64,000 bases of DNA from an uncultured Bifidobacterium sp. (GTDB lineage: Bacteria > Actinomycetota > Acidimicrobiia > Acidimicrobiales > Ilumatobacteraceae). The position numbers were made by a program, and so were the translations under genes. Shown here one piece after another: positions 45,416-53,828 of this stretch (within the stretch, counting starts at the first letter, position 1; every line of letters begins with the position of its first letter). The stretch is taken from positions 8,379 to 72,378 of the forward strand of contig CAZKVD010000001.1 of NCBI GenBank assembly GCA_964556145.1, given 5' to 3'. The notes under the pieces were generated by a model. It worked only from the letters and a program-made list of their open reading frames with translations. It did no database searches and was not told the origin of the DNA.

Positions 45416-46933
45416 GTGTCGATTTTGCGTCGGGTCTTGTCCGATCGTTGGCGCGTACCAGTCGATGCCCCGGCTTTCGAGGGGCCCTTTGGTGCCGACA
45501 AAAAGACGGTCCTCAGCGAAACAGACGTCGTGTCACGACTCGCAGCGTTGCGTTGCGCGCTCATCGATGCCGGAGTCGGCAAGGGCTCCCGCGTGGGTGT
45601 CCTCAGCAATCACAGAGTCGAGACTTACCTTGCAGTGCTGGCCGCGGTATCGGTTGGTGCGACCTTCGTACCCCTCAACCCGAAATTTCCACTCGACAGG
45701 CTTCGCACAATTCTCGACCTCGCACAACCGAACGTGATTCTGGGCGACCCCGCGACGCTCGACGTACATCGCGAAATCGCCGACGGCATTCCGCTGATCG
45801 ACGTGTCAACGGTTCGGCCGATGGCCGAAGAGGTGGGGACGTGGAACGCTGCACTCGATTCAAGTGATGTCGCACCCGGTGACACCGCCTACATCATGTT
45901 CACTTCGGGTTCCACGGGTACGCCGAAGGGTGTGCCGATCTCGTACGGCAACCTGTCGGCGTACATCGACGGCGCAACGGCTCTTCTCGAAATTCCGGAG
46001 GGGTCTCGATTCTCACAGTTTTTCGACCTCAGCTTCGACTTGTCGATGCACGACATCTTCGTGTCGACGCGGCTGCGCGGCACTCTGGTGGCCCCGTCTC
46101 AAGTCGATGTGATGATGCCGGGTGCATACGTTGTGCGCGAGCGGATCGATGCATGGTTCTCCGTTCCGCTGTTGGGCGCGCAGTTGGGTGGGGCGACACG
46201 CAAGGCGGACTTTCCCGGGCTCCGATCGATGCTCTTTTGCGGCGAGGCACTGCCGATGGAAACCGTCATCGCGTGTCGGGGTTGGCTCGCCGACGGTGGT
46301 CGGATGTGGAATCTCTATGGCCCCACCGAAGCGACGATCGCCTTCACGGCCGCCGATGTCACCGATTCGACCCGAAGCGAGGGCAATGCGTCAATCGGCA
46401 CGGCCTTCGGCAAAAACTTCACCGCCTTGTTGAATGCCGACGGCACGGTCGACCTCGACCCCGACATCGACTCAGAAGGTGAACTGTTGTTGGGTGGCCC
46501 CCAGGTGTTCGCCGGGTACTCCACCGACGCGCCGTCGCCGTTCGTGCGACATGCGGAGACGTCCTACTACCGCAGCGGAGATTTGGTGCGTATCGACACC
46601 GAGGGTGTGTATTTCCGGGGTCGTGTCGACTCTCAGGTGAAGTTCCGCGGCTACCGAATCGAACTCGGGGAGATCGAAACCGTGGCCCGTCGTACATTCG
46701 GCCTGAAGACACTGGCAGTTGTGGTGTCCGGAGAAGGTGCGGGTGCTCGTTTGACGATGTACCACCTTGCAGCCGAGAACAAAGCGGACGCAGCGCTCGA
46801 TCTTCGTCGGCTCGCCGAGACGCTGCCCGCGTACATGATTCCGTCCGAGTCCGTCGGCCTCGAGGTCATGCCAACCAATCAGAACGGCAAGATCGACCGT
46901 CGAGCGCTGACAGTGCTGGCATCGGGCGGTTGA
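45416..46933 (+). CDS. stand-alone adenylate-forming enzyme (DltA-like carrier-protein ligase)
   Basis: ORF 45272..46933, GTG 45416 after GAGGAG. Motifs YIMFTSGSTGTPKGV, FDLSFDLS, NLYGPTEATI, YRSGDL, KFRGYRIELGEIE and NGKIDR. Confidence 0.85.
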   Translation: MSILRRVLSDRWRVPVDAPAFEGPFGADKKTVLSETDVVSRLAALRCALIDAGVGKGSRVGVLSNHRVETYLAVLAAVSVGATFVPLNPKFPLDRLRTILDLAQPNVILGDPATLDVHREIADGIPLIDVSTVRPMAEEVGTWNAALDSSDVAPGDTAYIMFTSGSTGTPKGVPISYGNLSAYIDGATALLEIPEGSRFSQFFDLSFDLSMHDIFVSTRLRGTLVAPSQVDVMMPGAYVVRERIDAWFSVPLLGAQLGGATRKADFPGLRSMLFCGEALPMETVIACRGWLADGGRMWNLYGPTEATIAFTAADVTDSTRSEGNASIGTAFGKNFTALLNADGTVDLDPDIDSEGELLLGGPQVFAGYSTDAPSPFVRHAETSYYRSGDLVRIDTEGVYFRGRVDSQVKFRGYRIELGEIETVARRTFGLKTLAVVVSGEGAGARLTMYHLAAENKADAALDLRRLAETLPAYMIPSESVGLEVMPTNQNGKIDRRALTVLASGG

Positions 46934-46940
46934 TCAACCG

Positions 46941-47990
46941 ATGACCCCATTGGCCCATGTCGTGACGATTCTGGCGGTTCTGCCGGTCGCTCATTTTCTC
47001 TCGCCCAGGGTCCGGCTTGCATTCGTCACGTTCGCCGGCGCGGTCTTCATGTTGATGCTCGCTCCAGCCGGTTTCTGGGTGGTTCTCGTCAGCATCGTCG
47101 AAGGCCTGATTCTCGAGCGCCTTCTGCGCAACCTTCCGAAGAAGTCGGCCGTCAGGCAATACGTGCCGTACCTGCTTCTCGTCAACGTGTTCACCACCGA
47201 TCTTGCCGGCGGCGTCTTTTCCGGTCAGCGGTTCGTGACTGCGGGTGTGGCATTCGCCGTTGTTCGCGTGTTCATGACAACCAAGCAATTGTTGGGTGCC
47301 AAGTCCACCACGGGCACGCAACGAGTCATGTCGCTCGCGGCCGGCGGATGGTTTCTGCCGGCGATTGTCGTGGGCCCGGTCTTTTCCGGCACGACTCTGT
47401 GGGACCAAACACGAAAAGACGCAGTGGAATCAGTGACGTCGCCGACCGAATTCCTCTATCGCAAGTTGTTCGGCGGTTGGATTCTGGCGGCTCTGTTGGC
47501 GGATTGGCTGGCGCACGAGGCAGGGGGTACGCATCTCGACAGGTGGACCGCTCCGTTCGTTCTTCTTGCTTTGTTCGGACACCTGTTCACCGCGTTCTGG
47601 GGACAGTCCCTCATTGCCGAATCGGGTGCCGCCCTTGCCGGATTCGACATTCCTGCAAACTTCAATCGTCCTTGGCTCGCGGTCGACATTCGTGATTTCT
47701 GGAATCGCTGGCACATGTCGATGGCGCGATTCGTCATGCAGTACTTCTTTCTGCCGCTCAACTTGCGTGGCGTGAACGCCCGTCTGGCGACCGCGGTGGC
47801 TTTCCTCTTCATGGGTCTGTGGCACGAGGTTCGTCCCGGCTATGTGATCTGGGGCTTGGCTCACGGTTGTCTCATGGCCTTCGCACCGAAGTCGGCCGAC
47901 ATCACGATCCGAACCGGGCGCATCATCAACCGTGTTGCAACGATCTCGTCGGTCGTTCTTCTCTCGTACGTGGCGAATTATGCGTTCTGA
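46941..47990 (+). CDS. membrane-bound O-acyltransferase (MBOAT; DltB/AlgI-like)
   Basis: 349 aa polytopic protein. FWNRWHMSMARF and GLWHE carry the conserved MBOAT His residues. Confidence 0.8.
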   Translation: MTPLAHVVTILAVLPVAHFLSPRVRLAFVTFAGAVFMLMLAPAGFWVVLVSIVEGLILERLLRNLPKKSAVRQYVPYLLLVNVFTTDLAGGVFSGQRFVTAGVAFAVVRVFMTTKQLLGAKSTTGTQRVMSLAAGGWFLPAIVVGPVFSGTTLWDQTRKDAVESVTSPTEFLYRKLFGGWILAALLADWLAHEAGGTHLDRWTAPFVLLALFGHLFTAFWGQSLIAESGAALAGFDIPANFNRPWLAVDIRDFWNRWHMSMARFVMQYFFLPLNLRGVNARLATAVAFLFMGLWHEVRPGYVIWGLAHGCLMAFAPKSADITIRTGRIINRVATISSVVLLSYVANYAF

Positions 47991-49050
47991 CCGTCGCAGC
48001 TTCCGTCGACACGTGGTTCGTCGCGTGGTGCTTCCACTGATCGCGCTGGCGATGGTTTTCGTTCCTTCCTACAGTTGGCTGCGTGCCGGTCGTGTGCCGG
48101 GCAAGTACGTCAACCGGTGTCAGGCTGACGTCTACGAGAGTGACGCGCCCGCGGCCGACCTGTTGTTGATCGGGGCAAGCCGAACCGGATTCGGCATCGA
48201 CGACGACCTCGTGGATCTGCGATTGTCGGCAGTGCAAAGCCATCGAACCGACAAGATCGTGTTGCTCGGCAACGCCGACTCCGATTCGAACATGGCGCTT
48301 CGGACGTACCTGCGTGAGCGTGGCGTCCCCGAAAGCCTCGGCATCGAGGTCCTCATCACCCGCGTGGCGGGGGAGTCAATGGCGCCGCGCTACGGAGCGT
48401 CGCTGACCAACCGCAGTTACGCGCTGTTCGGCGCACGGGCCTACTCGGGCTACCTCGGATCCCTCGTCGACAACGAGGTCTTGGGCTGGCGTGACGTCTA
48501 CGCGCGTTCCTACTTCCCGTCGCCGTTCAAGTTTTTCTTCGAACACCTGCAGGTCGGTTTCGACAATGCCTTGCGCGAAATCGACAGGGCGATCGACCCT
48601 CTCGGTGAATGCGACCGTACGGTTTTGCCGGCGTGGGGGCCGGTCGCCGCAGCCCCGTTCACCGAGACGACGCCACGTCCGTCCGACAGGAAGATCGCAC
48701 AGTTGAACAAGGAAGTTGCGCGCTACGTGAAGGTCAACCTCGACAGCCGGCGCGCATCGGGTGAACTTGCGGTCATGCGCGACATGGTTGACGTTGCGCG
48801 AAGCGCGGGCGTGAAGAACTTGTTCTTCTACTACTTCCCATCGTTCGGCGAGACTTCGGACGTGATGGATCTCGGTCGATTGGGAGAATTGATTCCGGGC
48901 GTCGACATGTTCGACGCGCGGCCGATCATCAGCGATCCGAACAAGCCCGGGCTCGACCTGCAGTACAAGGATCGGGCGCATCTCACCAAGTACGCCGCTT
49001 ACGAGGTGACGACGGACCTCGTGGATTTCTTGAAGGAGCTTGGCAAGTGA
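47980..49050 (+). CDS. N-terminally anchored DltD/SGNH-like acyl-transfer protein
   Basis: ORF 47932..49050. ATG 47980 overlaps the MBOAT stop. One TM helix, then LLIGASRTG (candidate Ser block) and a C-terminal DRAH (DxxH block). Confidence 0.55.
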   Translation: MRSDRRSFRRHVVRRVVLPLIALAMVFVPSYSWLRAGRVPGKYVNRCQADVYESDAPAADLLLIGASRTGFGIDDDLVDLRLSAVQSHRTDKIVLLGNADSDSNMALRTYLRERGVPESLGIEVLITRVAGESMAPRYGASLTNRSYALFGARAYSGYLGSLVDNEVLGWRDVYARSYFPSPFKFFFEHLQVGFDNALREIDRAIDPLGECDRTVLPAWGPVAAAPFTETTPRPSDRKIAQLNKEVARYVKVNLDSRRASGELAVMRDMVDVARSAGVKNLFFYYFPSFGETSDVMDLGRLGELIPGVDMFDARPIISDPNKPGLDLQYKDRAHLTKYAAYEVTTDLVDFLKELGK

Positions 49051-49178
49051 GGAAATTCCTCGTGGCGCACCCGCGAACCCGTGCCGTTGCAGCGTGGGTG
49101 GGGTTGATCCTTGCCGCCGCATTGCTGCTGCGCTGGGTCGAGCCGGCCGTTTTCGAATCCCCCTACAACAACTTCTGA
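49047..49178 (+). CDS. 43-aa single-pass micro-protein, DltX-like (C-terminal ...FESPYNNF)
   Basis: My own translation: VRKFLVAHPRTRAVAAWVGLILAAALLLRWVEPAVFESPYNNF*. The GTG overlaps the upstream stop (GTGA). It falls below the ORF-track size cut-off. Confidence 0.55.
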   Translation: MRKFLVAHPRTRAVAAWVGLILAAALLLRWVEPAVFESPYNNF

Positions 49179-49195
49179 ACGTAGGCTGTCCAGCC

Positions 49196-50368
49196 ATGGG
49201 AAACCCGTGGTTTGAAACAGTTGCCGTTGCACAGCGCAGGGCACAACGGCGGCTGCCGAAATCCGTGTACGGCGCAATCGTCGGGGGATCGGAAAAGGGC
49301 CTCACGTTCAACGACAACCTGAGCGCGTTCGACGAACTCGGGTTTGCGCCTCACATCGCGGGTCTTCACGCCGGTCGAGATCAATCGATCACGGTCATGG
49401 GCCAGCAGGTGTCGATGCCGGTCGTCATTTCGCCGACCGGTGTGCAGGCCGTTCATCCCGATGGTGAGGTGGCCGTTGCGCGGGCTGCAGCCAACCGGGG
49501 AGTCGCGATGGGGCTCAGCTCGTTTGCCAGCAAGTCGATCGAAGACGTCACCGCGGTCAACAACCAGGTTCTCTTTCAGATGTACTGGTCGGGCGGTCGC
49601 GACACGATGGTGCAGCGACTCGAACGAGCAAGAGCAGCCGGAGCCAAGGGCATCATCCTCACCCTCGACTGGACGTTTTCGAACGGTCGGGATTGGGGCA
49701 GCCCGTGGATTCCCGAAAAGGTCGGCCTGAAGGAAATGATCAAGCTCGCACCACAGGGTCTCTCCCGGCCCAAGTGGTTGTGGATGTATGCGAAGACGCT
49801 CGGGCTGCCCGACCTCACGACCCCGAACATGGCCGCTCCCGGTGAAAAGCCACCGACGTTCTTCGGTGCGTATTTCGAGTGGATGCAAAGTCCGCCACCG
49901 AGTTGGGACGACATTGCCTGGTTGCGTTCGCAATGGGATGGCCCATTCATGGTGAAGGGTGTCTGTCGGGTCGACGATGCAAAGCGCGTTGTCGACGCAG
50001 GTGCCACTGCTTTGTCGGTGTCGAATCACGGCGGAAACAATCTCGACGGCACGCCCGCCCCGATTCGGTCGTTGCCGGCGATCGCCGACGCGGTTGGTGA
50101 CCAGATCGAAATCCTGCTCGACGGCGGTGTGCGGCGTGGTAGTGACGTCGTGAAGTGTCTTGCGCTCGGCGCGCGGGCCGTCATGATCGGACGCGCCTAC
50201 CTGTGGGGCTTGTCTGCGAATGGCCAAGCAGGTGTCGAGAACGTCCTGGACATCCTTCGCGGGGGCATCGACTCTGCGTTGCTGGGCCTTGGCAAGTCGC
50301 ACGTCAGCGAACTCAATCGCGACGACATCGTGATTCCCGACGGATTCACACGACAACTCGGTGTCTGA
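49196..50368 (+). CDS. FMN-dependent alpha-hydroxy-acid oxidase/dehydrogenase (LldD/lactate oxidase family)
   Basis: ORF 49040..50368, start taken at MGNPWFETV. Motifs SNHGGNNLDG and DGGVRRGSDVVKCLALGA. Confidence 0.85.
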   Translation: MGNPWFETVAVAQRRAQRRLPKSVYGAIVGGSEKGLTFNDNLSAFDELGFAPHIAGLHAGRDQSITVMGQQVSMPVVISPTGVQAVHPDGEVAVARAAANRGVAMGLSSFASKSIEDVTAVNNQVLFQMYWSGGRDTMVQRLERARAAGAKGIILTLDWTFSNGRDWGSPWIPEKVGLKEMIKLAPQGLSRPKWLWMYAKTLGLPDLTTPNMAAPGEKPPTFFGAYFEWMQSPPPSWDDIAWLRSQWDGPFMVKGVCRVDDAKRVVDAGATALSVSNHGGNNLDGTPAPIRSLPAIADAVGDQIEILLDGGVRRGSDVVKCLALGARAVMIGRAYLWGLSANGQAGVENVLDILRGGIDSALLGLGKSHVSELNRDDIVIPDGFTRQLGV

Positions 50369-50500
50369 AGTCTTTTCTTAACGCACGTCCTTCATCGTAC
50401 GAACAACGGTCACGTCGATCGATCCCGGCGCCGTTCGGGACATTCCGTTGCCTTTCCTGCTGTCTGGGCAATTCGGCCCGACAAAAGACAGGAGACAGGC

Positions 50501-50680
50501 ATGAAGCGACTCATCGTTCGCATCAACACCCGACTCGCGGACGTGCGCGAAGCGCACGACCACGGCGGCGTCGCGGCGGAATACGGGGTGCTGCTGGCCG
50601 GCATTGTGGCAGTGGTGGCAGTTGCTGCCGCGGCACTCGGCGGACGCATCGACGGAATCTTCGACTCGATCCTTCCGTGA
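50501..50680 (+). CDS. flp: Flp-family type IVb prepilin
   Basis: My own translation (59 aa, not in the ORF track): MKRLIVRINTRLADVREAHDHGGVAAEYGVLLAGIVAVVAVAAAALGGRIDGIFDSILP*. G/xxxxEY processing motif. RBS AGGAGA. Confidence 0.85.
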   Translation: MKRLIVRINTRLADVREAHDHGGVAAEYGVLLAGIVAVVAVAAAALGGRIDGIFDSILP

Positions 50681-51072
50681 TCCGTCGTCGTTCGGTCCCC
50701 GGGTCCAAGACCCGGGGACCGGACGATGCGGGGGTTGTGGCGGTTGAGTTCGCGCTCGTCGTTCCGCTCCTCATCGTCCTTCTCTTCACAATCATCCTCG
50801 GTGGGTCCGTGTGGCTCGACCAAATGCACCTGCAGTCGGCCGTGCGCAATGCCGCTCGAGTCGGTGCCGTTGCGCCGTCGTCGGCATGCAGTGCCGCGAC
50901 GGCGGACCTCACCGGCAACGACGTGGGAACCGTGACCTGCGATCTCCTCGATGACTGTTCATCGGGAACCGCACGAGTGCAATTGACCGCCCTCCAGACC
51001 ATCGACCTGCCGCTCGTCGGCGAAAGGAATGTGACATTGCATGCAACGTCATCGTTCGTCTGCAACCCGTGA
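50677..51072 (+). CDS. tadE: TadE-like pseudopilin
   Basis: Tail of ORF 50155..51072. The GTG overlaps the flp stop. Contains the TadE motif GVVAVEFALVVPLLIVLLF. Confidence 0.75.
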   Translation: MIRRRSVPGSKTRGPDDAGVVAVEFALVVPLLIVLLFTIILGGSVWLDQMHLQSAVRNAARVGAVAPSSACSAATADLTGNDVGTVTCDLLDDCSSGTARVQLTALQTIDLPLVGERNVTLHATSSFVCNP

Positions 51073-52012
51073 CGTTCGCGATGAGCGCGGCGTGATTGCC
51101 ATCATGACGGCAGTCGCGTTTGTCCCGCTTGCTTTCATGTTGGCCCTTGTTGCCGATGCCGGTCGCGTGTGGGTTGCGCGCGAACGTCTGCAGAACTCGG
51201 TTGAAGCCGTTGCCGTCGCCACCGCATCCGAGTGGGCCAACGGAGGGTCAAGTTGCTCGACACGTGCGCTTTCCTTTTTCACTTCCGATGGTTCGAGTCC
51301 GGACGGCACCGGTTGCTCGACCACGGGCACGCGACAATCCGGTGTCGTGTCGGCTTCCGCCGACGAAGAGGTTGACCTGATGTTCAGTGACGTTGTCGGC
51401 CGGTCGACCAGTCGTGTCTCGGCGTCGGCACGGGTGCGCGTATCGACGGCGTCGGCCGTGCGGGGACTGTGGCCGTTCGGTCTCTGTGCCGACAACACTG
51501 CGATCTCGGCTTGGATTTCGGCTGGGTTCCCCGAGGGTCGTCGGGCGACGATCACGTTTCAACAGCCCTCGCAACTGTGCGGCGGCGACGTCTCGGGTAA
51601 CTGGGCCGTGCTCGATTTCAACGGCGGATCGGTGTCGAACAGCGAGACCCAACACTGGGTCACGTCTGGTTATCAGTCGACCGTGACGGTCGGCGACGTA
51701 GTCAACGGTAGTCCCGGTGCGCCGTCAACCTCTCTCGACATGACGCCGGCGATCGGCGAGACGATTCTCTTTCCTCTCTACCGATACCCGCGCAACAACG
51801 GCAGCAACGCCAGATACACGATCGTCGGTTTTGCGACGGCACGAGTCGACGCGGTTCGCCTCACGGGTGGTGCCGCTCAACGCAGCATCACGATCACCTT
51901 CAAAACCGGGACCACCGCCTCGGGGGCAACGAGCACGGCCATGAGCGGGGGAAATTTCGGACTGACCGCATGGAGCGTCTGCTCCTTTGACGAATACGGA
52001 GTGTGCCAATGA
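51041..52012 (+). CDS. TadG-like pilus assembly protein (Tad_N domain)
   Basis: ERGVIAIMTAVAFVPLAFMLALVADAGRVWVARERLQNSVEA is typical of the TadG N-terminus. Confidence 0.7.
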   Translation: MQRHRSSATRDVRDERGVIAIMTAVAFVPLAFMLALVADAGRVWVARERLQNSVEAVAVATASEWANGGSSCSTRALSFFTSDGSSPDGTGCSTTGTRQSGVVSASADEEVDLMFSDVVGRSTSRVSASARVRVSTASAVRGLWPFGLCADNTAISAWISAGFPEGRRATITFQQPSQLCGGDVSGNWAVLDFNGGSVSNSETQHWVTSGYQSTVTVGDVVNGSPGAPSTSLDMTPAIGETILFPLYRYPRNNGSNARYTIVGFATARVDAVRLTGGAAQRSITITFKTGTTASGATSTAMSGGNFGLTAWSVCSFDEYGVCQ

Positions 52013-52617
52013 ATGTGAAGTCGATAGCCCGTCGCGCGGCGCCAGCGGTCGGCGTCTTTTCGCTGACCTTTCTCGGAGTCCTCGCGCTGGTGCCGAAGGA
52101 CTCGGTTGACGACGATGAACTGGTGCCCGTCGTGGTCGCGACGCGCACATTGTCCGACGGAACCGACGCGTCAGAAGTGCGCGGTGCGGTCGAGGTGCGG
52201 ATGGTCCCCGACATCGCCCGCAGCGAGGGTGCGCTTGCGGCTCTCGAAGCGCTTCCCGATGGTGTTCTTGCGTTCGATCACGTGCCCGGTCAGCAAATTC
52301 TCACCACTTCGTTCGCAAGAAACCATGTCGGGAGTCTCGGCGCGGATTTCGTCGCAGTGTCAGTGACGCTCGATCCGCAACGCTGGGTGGGGCCGTGGCT
52401 TCAGGCCGGGCGCATCGTCGACGTCTACGACACACGTGAACCGAACCCGGTACTCGCTGCCGAACGTGCGGTGATTCTCGATGCACCCGATGACCCGGAT
52501 GCGGTCGAGCTCGAACCGACCGAAGACACCGTCATTTCGCTTGGCGTGCCGAAGGACTCGCTCACCGAGGTTCTCGCCGCAGCCGAAAACGGCACCGTCT
52601 GGCTGGTTGGGCGATGA
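52003..52617 (+). CDS. CpaB/RcpC-like (SAF-domain) pilus assembly protein
   Basis: N-terminal anchor, then the VPVVVATRTLSDGT pattern. Located immediately upstream of the pilus ATPase gene. Confidence 0.55.
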   Translation: MPMNVKSIARRAAPAVGVFSLTFLGVLALVPKDSVDDDELVPVVVATRTLSDGTDASEVRGAVEVRMVPDIARSEGALAALEALPDGVLAFDHVPGQQILTTSFARNHVGSLGADFVAVSVTLDPQRWVGPWLQAGRIVDVYDTREPNPVLAAERAVILDAPDDPDAVELEPTEDTVISLGVPKDSLTEVLAAAENGTVWLVGR

Positions 52618-53828
52618 TCGCCCAGGACATCGCCCGCGCGGTCCGCGAACGTCTCGCTGCCATTCCGGAACGGGCGAACCTCCCCGATGATGAATTGCGC
52701 AGGCTCGTCGAAGAACAGATCGACTCGGTACAGCAGCTACCCACTTTCGCGGATGTCGAGAATCCCGACGGCGTCCGCCGCTCGGTCGTCAACGATCTGC
52801 TCGGATTCGGCCCGATCCAGGAACTGCTCGACGACCCCTCGATCTCCGAAATCATGGTGAACGGACCCGGGGAAATCTGGATCGAACGAGCGGGGACCAT
52901 CTCGCTCAGTGACGGGGCGTTCGAATCGTCGGAACAGTTGATGCGCATCATCGACCGTATGGTGCGGTCCTCGGGCAGACGTGTTGATCAATCCTCGCCG
53001 ATGGTTGATGCTCGTCTGCCCGATGGTTCACGCCTCAACGTCGTGTTGCCGCCGTTGTCGGTGGACGGTCCTGCGATCACGATCAGAAAATTCACCTCGT
53101 CGGGGCTCGGTATCGACGATCTTGTCGCATCGGGCACCATTTCGGCGTCGGGGGCCGATTTTCTTCGGGATGCAGTCGCTTCGAGAATGAACGTTCTCGT
53201 CAGCGGGGGCACGGGTACGGGCAAGACGACGGTTCTCAACATCTTGTCCTCGTTCATCGATCGCGATGAGCGCGTCGTGACGATCGAAGATGCCGTCGAG
53301 TTGACGTTGCGCCTGCCGAATCTGATTCGCCTCGAGGCACGCCCGAGCAATTCGGAAGGGGCCGGTGAAGTCAACATTCGCGACCTGGTGCGCAATTCGT
53401 TGCGCATGCGCCCGAACCGCATTGTGGTGGGTGAAGTGCGCGGCAGTGAAACGATCGACATGTTGCAGGCCATGAACACGGGGCACGAAGGTTCGCTGTC
53501 GACCGTGCACGCCAATTCGCCGAGGGATGCGCTCCGGCGACTCGAAACGATGATTCTGCTTGCCGGCGTCGATCTTCCGTTGCGTGCCGTTCGTGAACAA
53601 ATTGCCTCCTCCATCGACGTGATCGTGCACCTCGCCCGCGATGCACGTGGCCGACGGTTCGTCACGACCATCACCGAGGTGGTGGGCATGGAAAGTGACG
53701 TCGTGTCGACCGCCGATCTCTTCGCGCGTGACTTCACCGGTGTCGCCACCGAGACGTTGCCGGCATTGCAGACGACCGGCCTGGTGTCGAGTCGGCTCGG
53801 AATGCGCCGTGCACGGAGGGCCGCATGA
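52614..53828 (+). CDS. tadA: Tad/Cpa secretion ATPase (TadA/CpaF, T2SS-E family)
   Basis: Walker A GGTGTGKTT, an Asp box, and a His box (GHEGSLSTVHAN). Confidence 0.9.
   Translation: MIAQDIARAVRERLAAIPERANLPDDELRRLVEEQIDSVQQLPTFADVENPDGVRRSVVNDLLGFGPIQELLDDPSISEIMVNGPGEIWIERAGTISLSDGAFESSEQLMRIIDRMVRSSGRRVDQSSPMVDARLPDGSRLNVVLPPLSVDGPAITIRKFTSSGLGIDDLVASGTISASGADFLRDAVASRMNVLVSGGTGTGKTTVLNILSSFIDRDERVVTIEDAVELTLRLPNLIRLEARPSNSEGAGEVNIRDLVRNSLRMRPNRIVVGEVRGSETIDMLQAMNTGHEGSLSTVHANSPRDALRRLETMILLAGVDLPLRAVREQIASSIDVIVHLARDARGRRFVTTITEVVGMESDVVSTADLFARDFTGVATETLPALQTTGLVSSRLGMRRARRAA

Noticed and set aside
49040-49195. N-terminal 52-codon extension of the 2-hydroxy-acid oxidase ORF (start at 49040)
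   Set aside because: The extension (MASEEIPRGAPANPCRCSVGG...) is not part of the FMN-dehydrogenase fold, which begins at MGNPWFETV (49196). The region is better explained by the coupled 43-codon DltX-like ORF in another frame.
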